A stretch of 64,000 nucleotides of DNA from a virus, in IMG/VR virus record IMGVR_UViG_3300006037_000008, positions 3,570 through 67,569 of that record; one strand, 5' to 3'. Every line of letters begins with the position of its first letter. Position 1 is the stretch's first letter. The notes under the pieces are model-generated. The model was not told the origin of the DNA, ran no database searches, and was given only the letters and a program-made list of their open reading frames with translations. The position numbers were made by a program, and so were the translations under genes. Positions 9,621 through 21,300 of this stretch are shown piece by piece.

Positions 9621-9630
9621 GGAGAGAACA

Positions 9631-10839
9631 ATGAAACCACAAGATTTGAAACTGGGCTTTTTCAAAGCAGGTCAGAAATTCTCCCCCGAGATGGTTCTGG
9701 CCAAGTTGCAAGCTGAGACCCCAGAAGAGCAATTTGCCAACGCCTCAATGCTGCTGCGTGATGCTGCAGAATCAGGCTTGAGCTTGGGCGCTCTGCTGGA
9801 TCGTCATGTAGACTCTACCCATAAAGACCTGGGTGGTAAGTTTAACGGTCTGCAGCTGAGCGGTCTTGAGTCGGTATTTGCCTTGAACGGCACCCCGCTG
9901 ACCAAGAACACCGAAGAAGCCTCGGCACGCCTAGCTGCCACTGGCGACATGTTCACCACTGGTGGTATGAAGGTACTGTTACCGCTTCTAATCGACAACC
10001 TAACCCGCGAAGTTCAGAACGAACCTCTGCTGGAGCGTGTTGAAGATCTGGTTGCTAACACTCGTCAGACTGCGGGCAACGAAATGATCACCGAAATCAT
10101 CCTTGATAAGGATACTGAGGACTCATACAGCTCGTTCCGCATCAGCGAAGGTGGCAAAATCCCAGTTCGTAAATTGAAGGCCACCAACCAAGGTGTGAAG
10201 TTCTTCAAGATCGGTTCTGGTATTGAGATGACTTATGAGGTTGCTCGCCGTGTCGGTCCGCAAGCGATGATTCTGATGGCCAACCGTCAGTCTTTTGAGC
10301 GCACTCAGACCGAAGCACGTTTGGCCGTGAAAACCTTGATTGAAGGTGATGGCGTTCACCCAGCAGCACCAGTCATTACTCTACAGAGCCTTGACACCTT
10401 GGCAACTGGCAAGCTTCGTAACCGTGCTGAAGGCTTCCTGAAGTGGTTGATGGCCGCTGCCAAAGCAGGTCGTCCAATCGACACGCTGGTAGTAAGCCAC
10501 AGCACTTGGTTTGAACTGACTGCTCTGTTCCCAATCCAAAACACTGCTAACGTTCCTAGCGTTGGTTTGGGTGTTGGTAACACCTTCGGCGCAAACTTCA
10601 GCGTAGCAAACGGTATGCGTATGGGTTTCACCATCGTGCTTTCAAGCGAGATGGAAGAGAACCGCATCCTTGGCTATCGCAAGCCTGAAACACTTGAGCG
10701 TCTGATCGAAACCGGTTCACAGATTAGCGAATCTGAAACCGCAATTCGCAACCAGAGTGTGCTTGTGACTAACACCGTGAACAGTGGCTTTGCTATGCAC
10801 TATCACCAGTCGCGTGAAGTGTTGTCTTGGGTGAACTAA
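9631..10839 (+). CDS. major capsid protein
   Basis: 402 aa, strong RBS, ISEGGKIP..KIGSGIEMTYE (HK97-fold-like motif), followed by a terminator. Confidence 0.85.
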   Translation: MKPQDLKLGFFKAGQKFSPEMVLAKLQAETPEEQFANASMLLRDAAESGLSLGALLDRHVDSTHKDLGGKFNGLQLSGLESVFALNGTPLTKNTEEASARLAATGDMFTTGGMKVLLPLLIDNLTREVQNEPLLERVEDLVANTRQTAGNEMITEIILDKDTEDSYSSFRISEGGKIPVRKLKATNQGVKFFKIGSGIEMTYEVARRVGPQAMILMANRQSFERTQTEARLAVKTLIEGDGVHPAAPVITLQSLDTLATGKLRNRAEGFLKWLMAAAKAGRPIDTLVVSHSTWFELTALFPIQNTANVPSVGLGVGNTFGANFSVANGMRMGFTIVLSSEMEENRILGYRKPETLERLIETGSQISESETAIRNQSVLVTNTVNSGFAMHYHQSREVLSWVN

Positions 10840-10856
10840 GCATAACCCTGTGATAC

Positions 10857-10889
10857 AATAAGGGCAGATTAAATCTGCCCTTATTTATT
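10857..10889 (+). terminator. terminator after capsid gene
   Basis: AATAAGGGCAGAT-taa-ATCTGCCCTTATT. Confidence 0.7.
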
Positions 10890-10898
10890 GGAGCCACT

Positions 10899-11234
10899 AT
10901 GAAAAAGCTGTACTCTGCCCTCGATGGTTTCATGGGACATATTGCTGGTCAAAGTGTGACCGGAGGTATCTCCTACGTTTTGGCTGAAGCCGGAGACCCT
11001 GAAGTTCGACTATATACCAACACCAAACGTATTCAGTCTTTGGACTTTGAGTTCCCTGACTCAGCAACCAACCGTCGCTACCGTGAAATTTTTAATGATT
11101 GCCAAAATGCAAAGCAGGCCGCTGAGATTTATTTGGCTGAATTGGGTTTGAGTGCGGAGCTTGAAATTAAGCCTGAGGTTAAGCCTAAGGGTAAGCCTGA
11201 GGTTAAACGTATGACTGTTAAAAAAGAGGACTAA
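10899..11234 (+). CDS. hypothetical head-region protein
   Basis: GGAG RBS; 111 aa with KPEVK repeats at the C-terminus. Confidence 0.65.
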   Translation: MKKLYSALDGFMGHIAGQSVTGGISYVLAEAGDPEVRLYTNTKRIQSLDFEFPDSATNRRYREIFNDCQNAKQAAEIYLAELGLSAELEIKPEVKPKGKPEVKRMTVKKED

Positions 11235-11237
11235 TAA

Positions 11238-11957
11238 ATGACTCAGGTGGATTATTTACAAGCTGGTCTCACTAACACTTTTGATTTCGATTGTGTGGTA
11301 GGAACTGAGTATGCTATTCCATCTGAGGATTTTCAAGTCCTTGTCTCAGTAGATGGGGTGGTGACGGTTGGAAGCATTCTAGCCACTCAAGCCACTTCAT
11401 TCTCCTATGGGCTACCTGTTGTCTCAGTTAATCGTGGCGAAGTATCTAACCTAAGTATCTTGGTTAAGGCCAAGACCAGTGTGGGTTCTTTTATTCTGCG
11501 CCGTAACTTTAAAGTTATTGAGGCAATGGATATTCCAACTGATACCTTTCAAGTCAAGCGCAAGCTGGGTCTGACAGACAACGACCTGACAGATGCTGAG
11601 ATTCCTTTAGAGGCGTGCTACTTGCAAACCTATAAAGCGTTGAGTGCCACTTTCCACGTTGCCCGACTAACTGACCCACTAAAGACGGACACTTACGGTC
11701 GCTTCCTAAGTTTATTTTGTGCACTGCGTGTGTTACCTGCACTATACCTACGACTGGCCAAGAAAGACAAGACCGAGAATGCTGAGTTTCAAAGACTAGC
11801 AGATGCAAAACATCTGGAGGACTTGAGAGACCTGCTTATTGAGGAGCTGAATGACGTGATTGATGAATTGGGTGTTGATCTGGTGGGTGTTGAGACTCTG
11901 TTGCCAACCATCTTGGCCTTCGTCACGATCACTCCTGATCGTATTACTGGGGTCTAA
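11238..11957 (+). CDS. putative head-tail connector
   Basis: 239 aa; assigned by gene order only. Confidence 0.55.
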   Translation: MTQVDYLQAGLTNTFDFDCVVGTEYAIPSEDFQVLVSVDGVVTVGSILATQATSFSYGLPVVSVNRGEVSNLSILVKAKTSVGSFILRRNFKVIEAMDIPTDTFQVKRKLGLTDNDLTDAEIPLEACYLQTYKALSATFHVARLTDPLKTDTYGRFLSLFCALRVLPALYLRLAKKDKTENAEFQRLADAKHLEDLRDLLIEELNDVIDELGVDLVGVETLLPTILAFVTITPDRITGV

Positions 11958-11958
11958 G

Positions 11959-12501
11959 ATGGATACTCGGCAGATACCTCGGCACTTTCAGACCTTCCGA
12001 TTGGCAGACAGTCCAAATATGCAGATCAAGGGCTTCTTCCATGAGCCTCCTGTGACTGCTTCCATGAGTGTAAATCCACCACGTCTGCTTCAAGTAAGTG
12101 AGCGGGTGCTGCCTGAGACAGTGCTTGGTAAGATGTTGATCAGTGCCACTCGGGTACCAAGCCGTCATTTAGTTAGCGAGTTTATGATGGCTCAGGACAG
12201 TTACATCTTCAAGACCTATGAGGCTACCCAGTTTCTGACGATGTACCGAGAAAGTATTGTAAATCACCCAGTTACTAAGATGCCGATCAAAGACCCAAAC
12301 CCATTGGTTCAAGAGCGGTGGTTTAATGTGGGGTTGGTTAATATCGGACCCTCAGGTAGCTCAGGAAACCCAGTAAGTGAGTACCAGATTCGCTCGCACG
12401 AAGAGTTGAAGGAAAGGGATTTGATTGGTCCCTTTATTGTGAAGCAGGTGGTGATTGAGAACGGTCTCTATCTGGCGAGGGCAGAACATCATGGCTCGTA
12501 G
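11959..12501 (+). CDS. putative head closure / adaptor protein
   Basis: ATG (MDTRQ) 1 nt after the upstream stop; gene order. Confidence 0.55.
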   Translation: MDTRQIPRHFQTFRLADSPNMQIKGFFHEPPVTASMSVNPPRLLQVSERVLPETVLGKMLISATRVPSRHLVSEFMMAQDSYIFKTYEATQFLTMYRESIVNHPVTKMPIKDPNPLVQERWFNVGLVNIGPSGSSGNPVSEYQIRSHEELKERDLIGPFIVKQVVIENGLYLARAEHHGS

Positions 12502-13204
12502 AGTTGCCTATGACGGCGAAAAGTTTGCTGCTTCTATTCAGGCGCGAGCGAACTTTCAGACAGATGTTCAGATAGAAAAGCTTGCCAGACTGGTCAACAG
12601 CACTCTGGCTCAGTTTGTGAATGGTCGGATTGATCAGATGTTCGTGGAAGGTATTGGTAAGCGTGGTTTAACAAAACAGACAGCTATGGCTCCCCCCGAA
12701 CTAATGCGTAATACCACCACCACTTGGGGTTCCCTAACGCCCAGCACGGTTAGAAAAAAGAAGGCCAGACGTAGTACAACCCCTGACACAATCTATCGGG
12801 ATACTGGCGACTTCGAGAAGCAACTTAGTAAGTTGCCCTCCGGCAAATCAATATCTCAAGTATTTGGTGGTTACTCAAACAAGTCAGCCCGAGTAGTGAC
12901 CGGTCAGCCAGCCAATCTGACACCCAATAGAGCTGGAGGCAAGGCACCAAGGATTACTAAGACTCTGACCTTCTCAGTATTCCACGCCCTAAAGTCTCGG
13001 GCAGTCCCTGAGACCATCATGGATCTGTTGTACGATCAAGATGCTAATGATGTGCCGATGAGTGTAAAGCTGGGTTATTACGCTCCGAAGAATAAGACGA
13101 TCAGGCACCGCAGATCCTTGCTAGTACCTTATGCGGATTATTTTGTCAGGGTTCAGCTGCCGATGAAAGTCAAAGACTGGGTTAGAAAACAAGCGAGGAA
13201 TTGA
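12491..13204 (+). CDS. putative neck / tail completion protein
   Basis: Basic protein with W.SLTPST..KK and DTG motifs typical of morphogenesis proteins. Confidence 0.55.
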   Translation: MARRVAYDGEKFAASIQARANFQTDVQIEKLARLVNSTLAQFVNGRIDQMFVEGIGKRGLTKQTAMAPPELMRNTTTTWGSLTPSTVRKKKARRSTTPDTIYRDTGDFEKQLSKLPSGKSISQVFGGYSNKSARVVTGQPANLTPNRAGGKAPRITKTLTFSVFHALKSRAVPETIMDLLYDQDANDVPMSVKLGYYAPKNKTIRHRRSLLVPYADYFVRVQLPMKVKDWVRKQARN

Positions 13205-13205
13205 T

Positions 13206-13682
13206 ATGAGCAACATCCGTTACGCTGATGTTTACACCTCGCTGTTGCGTTATATTAGCGAGACAGCCGAAGCACTAACTATAGCTCACGGGGTGCAGAT
13301 CACACCCTACAACTTCGACACTGTTGGTGATACCTCTCGACTACCAGAAGGGAACCTATTTGGTATCAGCGACTGGAGTCTGGAAAATATCGACAGTGTT
13401 TATGGCATGGAGATCCCGCTGTTCATCGGTTTTGCTGTGCTCTCAGATATGAATCTTGACCTGTTAGAAAATAAGCTGCTCAACGATTTGGTCAGCCACA
13501 TTGCCAAGGCTTATTCAGAATCGACCATCTCAATCTACAAGGCCAACCAGTTGACTGAAGAGATTCTGGGAGTCATGACGTTTGGCAAAACCTTCAAAGT
13601 GATGCCCGCTAGACATGACTCGGCTCGCACCTTCAAAATGGTGCAGGCGACTTTACTCTGCCCCAAGAATATAGGATACTAG
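13206..13682 (+). CDS. putative tail terminator
   Basis: 158 aa, acidic, immediately before the tail tube gene. Confidence 0.55.
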   Translation: MSNIRYADVYTSLLRYISETAEALTIAHGVQITPYNFDTVGDTSRLPEGNLFGISDWSLENIDSVYGMEIPLFIGFAVLSDMNLDLLENKLLNDLVSHIAKAYSESTISIYKANQLTEEILGVMTFGKTFKVMPARHDSARTFKMVQATLLCPKNIGY

Positions 13683-13739
13683 GTTGTATTTTCGTGGCTA
13701 ATTGGTTACTATTCCACTAACCAAACGAGGGAATCCATC

Positions 13740-14549
13740 ATGGCACACCAACCACAGGCTTCGGCACAAACCGATGCTTTTATCCTGAATGAAGCAACCT
13801 TGATGATTGGGCCACTGGGTTCTGTCAAAGACTTGACCGAAGAAGAACACAGCATTGGTCTTTTCAAGAGTCTGCAAATCAAAAACGAGCGTACTTTTAC
13901 TGAGTTGATGCAGGGTGTACGTCAAGACGTAGTTGCCTCTGTGCTGACTTCAGACAACTGGACGTTTAGCGGTGAGGGTTGTGAATTCTCCCCCCGCCAA
14001 TTGGCTTACTATTTGGGTCAAGATGGTTTCGACTTCAGCACTGACAAGGTAGCGACCAGCACGCTGACGAGTCCTGCTGCTGCCGCGGCCAGCACTGTTA
14101 CTGTGGCCTCGGCCACGAATTTGGCTGTTGGTGACTACATCACCATCTCCCAGACAGGTGACAACAATGGTCTGGTCTTCCAGATCGAAAGTATCTCCGG
14201 CATGGTCCTAACTCTGGATCGTCCGACTGTGACTTCTTTCGTTTCGGGTGCGACAGTTTATAAGCTGAATGCGCTACGCTCGAATACTAACAGCTGTACT
14301 GGTGCGAACTACTTCTCTGCTAAGATTGTTTCGCAGAATGTTGGCTGCGATCCGATCATCATTTGGTTGCCGAAGATCCAGATCACCAGCGGCTTGACCC
14401 TGAACTTCGGTGCTGACAACTTCATGACAAGCCCGATGGAGTTCAAAACACTGGCTTCGGTTCGTGGTGATGCTTCGTATGAGGACTATGCCGACAACGG
14501 CTTCAGCGAATTCATTCACTTCTCGCGTGCGTTTGCTCCGGCTCCTTAA
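13740..14549 (+). CDS. major tail tube protein
   Basis: 269 aa, strong RBS, followed by a terminator and the chaperone pair. Confidence 0.75.
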   Translation: MAHQPQASAQTDAFILNEATLMIGPLGSVKDLTEEEHSIGLFKSLQIKNERTFTELMQGVRQDVVASVLTSDNWTFSGEGCEFSPRQLAYYLGQDGFDFSTDKVATSTLTSPAAAAASTVTVASATNLAVGDYITISQTGDNNGLVFQIESISGMVLTLDRPTVTSFVSGATVYKLNALRSNTNSCTGANYFSAKIVSQNVGCDPIIIWLPKIQITSGLTLNFGADNFMTSPMEFKTLASVRGDASYEDYADNGFSEFIHFSRAFAPAP

Positions 14550-14559
14550 TCGGTGCTAG

Positions 14560-14591
14560 AATGAAAACCCCAGTAGGGGTTTTCATTTTTT
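14560..14591 (+). terminator. terminator after tail tube gene
   Basis: AATGAAAACCCC-agta-GGGGTTTTCATT followed by a T tract. Confidence 0.8.
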
Positions 14592-14600
14592 GAGGTGTTT

Positions 14601-15008
14601 ATGTCAGCAAATATAAAAGTAAAACCGAAGGTTTCTGCCCGTAAGAAGTTTCTTGTGGGTGGAGTTGAGAAAGAACTATTCATGTCCTTCTCTATTCACC
14701 AAAGGATCATCACAATCTGTGGTGGTTTAGATGAAGTGATCACCTCTTTCTCTAACCCAGTAACTCAGATGGAGCTATTGGTACTCACAGTGATGGGTCG
14801 CGATTGTCCTATCTACACCGAGACCGGAGAGCTATATGCTTTGTTGGATGATTTAGAGCTGGGGGCTGACGAGGCCACTTTAATTCTTGATTGGATTCAG
14901 GACTTCATTGTGGATTTTACGTTTGCTCAGATGCAGAGTCTGGGCGAGAAATACCAAAAAGCGGCGGAGCAGTTGCAGCAAGTCCAGAAAGGATCAACAT
15001 CTACTTAG
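14601..15008 (+). CDS. tail assembly chaperone (gpG-like)
   Basis: Lies between tail tube and tape measure genes; GAGG RBS. Confidence 0.7.
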   Translation: MSANIKVKPKVSARKKFLVGGVEKELFMSFSIHQRIITICGGLDEVITSFSNPVTQMELLVLTVMGRDCPIYTETGELYALLDDLELGADEATLILDWIQDFIVDFTFAQMQSLGEKYQKAAEQLQQVQKGSTST

Positions 15009-15316
15009 ATTGGTTTAATGGTCTAAGTCTTGAAGAAGCTCTCTGTCTGGCCCTAGATAAGTTTCCATCTGAGGTTGAGGATTTGCTTTGGGAGAAAAGC
15101 TATAAGGATATTACGGTAAAGTTGAAACTTTACCTAAGCCACACCCAAATAAATTATTGCCAAGATCACCAAGTCTTGGCCATGATAATTGGGGCGATAT
15201 TCGGCTCTTCTTCTGAAAAAGATACACAAAAAACTAACAAAATTGACTATACTAACCCTGTGATAAGCACTCCAGAACAGCTAAACGCTTTTCTGGGAAA
15301 TCGGGGCAAAAGATAG
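14891..15316 (+). CDS. tail assembly chaperone gpT-like part, probably expressed by -1 frameshift
   Basis: Overlaps the upstream ORF by 118 nt in the -1 frame and has no ATG start near its 5' end. Confidence 0.65.
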   Translation: MDSGLHCGFYVCSDAESGREIPKSGGAVAASPERINIYLDWFNGLSLEEALCLALDKFPSEVEDLLWEKSYKDITVKLKLYLSHTQINYCQDHQVLAMIIGAIFGSSSEKDTQKTNKIDYTNPVISTPEQLNAFLGNRGKR

Positions 15317-15327
15317 GTGTAGTCAAT

Positions 15328-18300
15328 ATGTCAACTCAAAAAGCTGGGCCAGGGGAAACTATTGATGTCTCCATCACTACCCAAGGCTCAGAGACAGCTG
15401 TAAATGCCCTCAACAGCGCCCTAAAAAAGATGGGGGATTTGTTGGCCAACGTCAATTCGATGTTGAATGCCAACGATGCTAACCTTATTCGGACGGTAGG
15501 GACTGCCGGTAAGCTGGCAGCCACTATCGACGCTCAAGTGCGGATAGCATCTACAATCCTAAAGGCTCAAGCAAATAACACAGCTGGGTTAGAACCAAAC
15601 ACACTGGCAAACGCTGGAATGGCACAGGTCGGTGTGGGTGTTGATAACCATAAAGCTAAACAAGTTAAGGCGGCAGCAAACTCAGCCAGCGACCGCGCGT
15701 TGGTTGAATTTAGAGATCAAATTGTGGAGGGAAAAGCTACAAGTCTTCTTCGTGCAAAACAGATGATCTCTGAGGGTACTATCACCTCCTCCCAAGCTAA
15801 GATTGCTGCCCAATCGGTTTTAGAACTTGGACAACGTACAGGAAATCTAAAAACGGCGGAAAGAGCCTCAATTTATATTCGAGCAATCGAAAAGTTAGAT
15901 ATGCAGATTGCGGACGAGAAAAAGAAAGCCTTAAAGTTACAGCAGGAGAATAATAGGAAAAGTGCCAAAGCTGAAAGAGACGCTGAAGCCTTAAAGACTC
16001 CTCAAGGTCAATATATATTTATGCAGCAAAAGGCAGATGCCGCATTCTTAAACTCCCCAAACGGTGCTGGATATGCAAGTGCTGCTGCCAGAGCGCAAAC
16101 AACCTCAAGAGCAGCTACAGGGTTTAAGCAGTTACAAATCGAGGAGTTTGCACGTCAGAATGCAGGACAACTAACGGGTCCTAATCGTCGTCGCTACTTT
16201 GATGGCAGTGTGGACTTTACCCAGCAAGCGGATGGAAGAGCCAAGGTTCAAGGGTTACTAGACAATGCCCAATTACATCAGGCTTACCTCAGAAGCATGC
16301 CAGTTACGGGTCAAAGCTTTGCTCAAAGTCAAGCTCTAACCCAAGACAAGAATAAGCTTAATGTTGAAATCAAGGCTTTGAGAGAAGCCTTAAACGGTTT
16401 GACAAAAGCTCAACTAGCCAGAACTCCTACAGCCCAAAGCCTACAACGGTTGGCTAAGCAAGAACAGGCTCAAGGAAAGCTGGATGGTATAGATTTAACT
16501 GCAGCCCGAAACCTAGCTAAGGTAGATTTAAATGCTTTGCCTGTTTCCGACTTGAAAAGAAAACAGTCTGAGATCTCAGCTGAAATCAGAAAAACTGATG
16601 CCGCGATGTCTCACGCTAAAACCGCCCAAAATAAAACAGCTAGACAGGAAGCGCAAGATCTAAATAAGCTTTTGCAGGCTCAACTCACACTGGTTGAAAA
16701 GTTAAGAGAGGCAGATAAAACCGCCAAGGTTCAATCTACAGCCAAATATCAATTTACACAGATGGCTGAGAAAGCGGGTTTAAACCAACTAGGTGACCCT
16801 AACAGCGTGCTGTCTTTCGAGGCTGCAGCTCGGGCTTCTGTTGCTTCCAAATTACGTCAAGGACAATTAAGACAAAAAGCGGAACAAGATCTTGCAGCTT
16901 TGTCTGGCCAAGGAGGTTTAACAGGGCCACGAGTTGGTACGATGTATATAGATTCTTCACTAGATAACTCTAAAGTTTCTGCTGCAGTACTTAGCGATAA
17001 GCTGGAGTATTTGAAACGGCATCAAGCAAGCCTAGAGTTAGCTCGCCAAAACCCTGCTGCCGCTAACACAGATATAGCAGGCATCAACGCAGCAACCGCA
17101 GCTCTTAAAGCTCAAGCAGAGGAGCTAAAAAAATTATTAACTGCGAGGAAGGCCTTAGATACCCAGAACAATTTAAGCACAAAGGGTTTTAAGCAAGAAA
17201 GAGCTGCAAAGGTCTTAGCAGGCTTTGATCTGACCGATGCGAAGACAATAGCAAATAAGAGCATAGCGGGTTTAACAGGGGATAAAGCCGTAGAGAGAAC
17301 CCTTGAGTTGACAAGAGCACTCGCTGACGCTCGCAAAGCTTATAACCTAGCGGTAAATGCAGGGGATAAAGCCGCTCAAGACTCAGCTAAAAAACTAGAA
17401 CTAGCTCTGCGTACTCAACAGATCAACCTAAATGCTGCAACAGGAGACACCAGAAAACAAGCAAAAGCTAAAGCTGACGAGGAGGCTAAATTCAATCGTT
17501 TAAACGCACAAACATTTAGAACAACTGATTTGAGTGCTCAGATTTCAGGAGCCAAAACACTCCTAGAACTGGATAAACTCAAGCGAGTGGAGCTGGATAA
17601 ACAGTTAAAAGCTGCAAAAGCTTTGCAAGAACTGGCGATTAAGCGCGGAGATGCAGGGGCTGAGCAGAAAGCAAACAAACTGATTGAACAGTATTCTGCC
17701 GAAGCAGCAGCCATAAGGGCTAAAGAAAACCAGATCAAAAATGAAGGCAAGGCTGGCCAAAATCTGGCTGCTAAAATGAGTCCTGAAGGTCAGGGAGCGG
17801 CCTTTCTAAATCGCATGACCTTAATGAAAGACTATATGATGATGGGCGGAATCATGGGGTCTATCAGTGGAGCTTATAGTTTTGTCAAAGATTTTGAGTC
17901 CTCCCTGAAGCAAACACAAGCAATTGCGCAGGGTACAAACCAGCAGATGCAATCCTTGAAGACCTCTATTATTGATGTCTCAGATGCTTCTCGCTTCAGT
18001 GCTATCGAATTAACCGAGGTCACAACCAGTTTAGCCCAAGCGGGTTTTTCGATGTCTGAGATTGAAAGATCTTTGAGATCTGTAGCCACCTTGGCAACAG
18101 CAACTGGTTCAGGCTTAAAAGACTCTGTAGATATTGTGACCTCTGTCATGGGGGCTTTCAAAATGTCTGCCTCAACCATGCCTGATGTCGTAAACCAAAT
18201 TACACAAGCAATGAACATGTCCAAGTTGGATGTACCTAAGTTCATGCTTGCTACTCAATACGCAGGTAACGCTGCATCTGATTTAGGTGTTACTTTTAAA

Positions 18301-21300
18301 GAGATGTTGTCCGCCACTGCTGCGGTATCTAACACAGGTATTCGATCAGGTTCCACAATGGGTACAGGTATGCGGCAGTTGATGGCTGATCTTGCAACCC
18401 CCACTGATAAAATGAAAAAGAAGATGCAGGATCTGGGTTTGACTTTTGCTGATTTGGATGTCAGAACCAATGGTCTTACAGGGGTTATGAAGAACCTAAA
18501 AGCGGCTGGCTTCAGCACAGCCGATGCTTTTGGGAGTTTTGAGCTTCGAGCAGCCGCTTACTATGTAGCCCTAGGAAATAATCTAGATAGCTACGATGAA
18601 ATGTACGCCAACATGGACAATGGTACTGCGGCTATGGACGCGCAGGAAATCCAAATGGATTCTTTGGCAGCTCAATCTGATCGAATGACCAACCAGTTTA
18701 GAGTTCTGGCTGATGTTGTGGGTAAAGATTTATCCCAAACTCTTAAAAGTGTCTTTGGGACCGTTGCAGATTTCACTGCTCTATTAAGTAAAGGGGCTGC
18801 GGGAGGGGTGATTTCTTGGGCACTAAACATAGGTGTTATGACCGTCGCTCTTGGGGTTTTCCTCTTAGCCTGCAGAAATGTTATCACTGTTTTAAGAGGT
18901 GTCATGGGTGTTCTGGCAGCCATGAGGGCTTCCTTAGTAGCAACTGCGGCAACTGCCACTCTTACAGGGAAGGTAATGAGCCTCAGTTTAGGTTGGGTTT
19001 TTGCTATCTCAGCGGGGATTGCGATAGCAATCACAGCCTATCAAAAGTTTGGAGACTCCTCTAGAGCTGCTGCCGAAGCTGCTGAAGAGTTTAAGACCAA
19101 GGTGGCTAGTGCGAAAGAGAGAATAGAGGCTTATGGGTCTTCGATTGAAGAGATCCAGCAAAAACTAAAATCCTTATCTGCTCGCAGTGTTAGTCTTGCT
19201 AAGGATCAGGAGGGTTTGGCTGTTGAGTTTGATGAGGTTAGAAAGAAAGCTTTAGAGTTAGGTATCGACTTAAAAGACCGACTAATGGTTACAGTTAAAG
19301 ACCTAACGGATACTTGGGAACAGTTGCGTCTGGAACTTAGCAAGCAGATCGTAATTGATATGGTTGTCAAGAATCAGGCTCAGGAAGGCCAATGGTTAAA
19401 TGAAAGACAGACATACGCTTCTGATAAGAATCAGAGACGTATACAGGGTGTTAATCTCATCAGAAGTTCAAATATTCTAGGTGCGCTTGCAGGGGCTGGA
19501 GACTCAAAAGGACTAGGTACAGCTTTTGAAAGGGCTACAGGGGCTAAAAATATAGAGGTAAATCTCCAAAGAATTATCACCTTGATGAGTTCTAAAGGTA
19601 AAAGTTCAGCTGAGGACTATAAAGCGGTCAAGCCTGAGGTTGATCGTATTTATGCAGGTTTGAATGCGACCGTTTTAACAGAGTTAAAAAAATTAGAGCG
19701 GTTACAGAACGATCCTAAAGTAACCCCTGAGCAGGCTAAAATTTACGCTGCTCAGGGAGAAATCTTTAGCCGTTCCTTTTTCACCCATGAAGATAGTCTT
19801 GAAAAGGTTTATGCTGACTTTGTTGCGATAACTAACCAAGTTATTGGGGGTAAGTTAAGTCAAAATGCTCAGGCTAGGGCTGAGATGAATGCCCGAACTA
19901 ATACTGAGAGAGTCCCGGGTTATGATGCTAAACTAGCAGAGGGGATAGCCAACTTTACCAGCGGGACGAAAACCAGTGAATACTCCACAGTCTTATTAAG
20001 AAACAACATCTCAAGACAAGCGATTGAACACATTGCAGCAGGCCGACTCCTGACCCACTCTGCAAAGATAGCAGAAGACGCTTTAAAAGCTGCTGTAGGT
20101 CTCACTGATGCTCAAAAAGCTGAAGCTGAGGCAGACATTGCTGATAAACGAAGACGGGCTTCTGAGGAAGAGGGTAAAGCTGCAGACTTAATGCCTGCGA
20201 TGATGGAACAAGCCTTGGTGGAAAAGGTTACTAAGCTTCTTGAACTCAACGTGCAACTGGCTATGGACCGCCAGTTACTAGAGAGAGCAATTGCCCGACA
20301 AAAAGCTGCAGAGCAAAAAGAAGACTATCCCGAAGCCCTAAGATTGCAAGGTACGGTTGAAAGGATTCAACTAAGGGCAGCTGCGAAAACCAGCGAAATA
20401 AAAGGGCTTGAAGCTTCTCAACAGTCTTCAGGAGACCCCAGCTTTGGTCTACGAAATGAACAAGCTAGAATCTTTAAAATCGAATCTGAGATAGAGCAGG
20501 AGCGGATTAAAGAGGCAAGCCTCTTAAAGATTGCCGAGCTTGAGAAGAGACTACTGGAATCTACCCAGAAACTTAAACAGAAAGCATTTGAGCTAGATAT
20601 TAAACGCCTTAATGCTGAGACTGAGGAGTTTAAAGCGCAGCAAACTGCTCGGGATAAGAGCTTTAAGCTTAGTCAGGATTATTATGAATCCGAAGCAAAT
20701 AGACCGTTGGCGATCTTGCAGGCTAGAAAAGAGCAGATGGCTCTGCCTTCTAACGAGCGACAATTCACCAGTTTTGAGAAAGAGGATTTAGATAGACAGA
20801 TCGCTGCCGAGCAGGAGAGTCTTTATCGTAATCAAGCAGTAACCAGTCTTGTTAGAGAGGCAGACAACTTAGCCTTAGAGCTTGAGCTGCAGGGAGCTAG
20901 ATACGAAGAGCTGGCTGCAGATATTGAAACCCTACAGAAACGGATTGTATCTGAAGCCTCTCAATTCTCTGCCGCCGATTTGGAGAGCAACAAATTAGCT
21001 CTTAAAGCTCAGGAGACTTCTTTAGAGGAGGTTTACACACAGATCAATACCTTGCAAGGCAGACAAGAAGAGATCAAAGGCAGACTGTCAATCTTGGGAG
21101 AGGCTGCACCTAAAGCTACACCTTTTGCCAACCAACTAGGTGCAAAATACCAGAAGGCTTGGGCAGATAAGAACACTCCTGAAGCTTTGTTTAATGATTT
21201 GTCTGTAGGCATCGACAGTATCTCCAGCGGCATCAACGGTATGGTTGATAACTTAGTTGATGCTACTGGCAGTGTAGAGGATTTCTTCAGAGGTTTCTTA

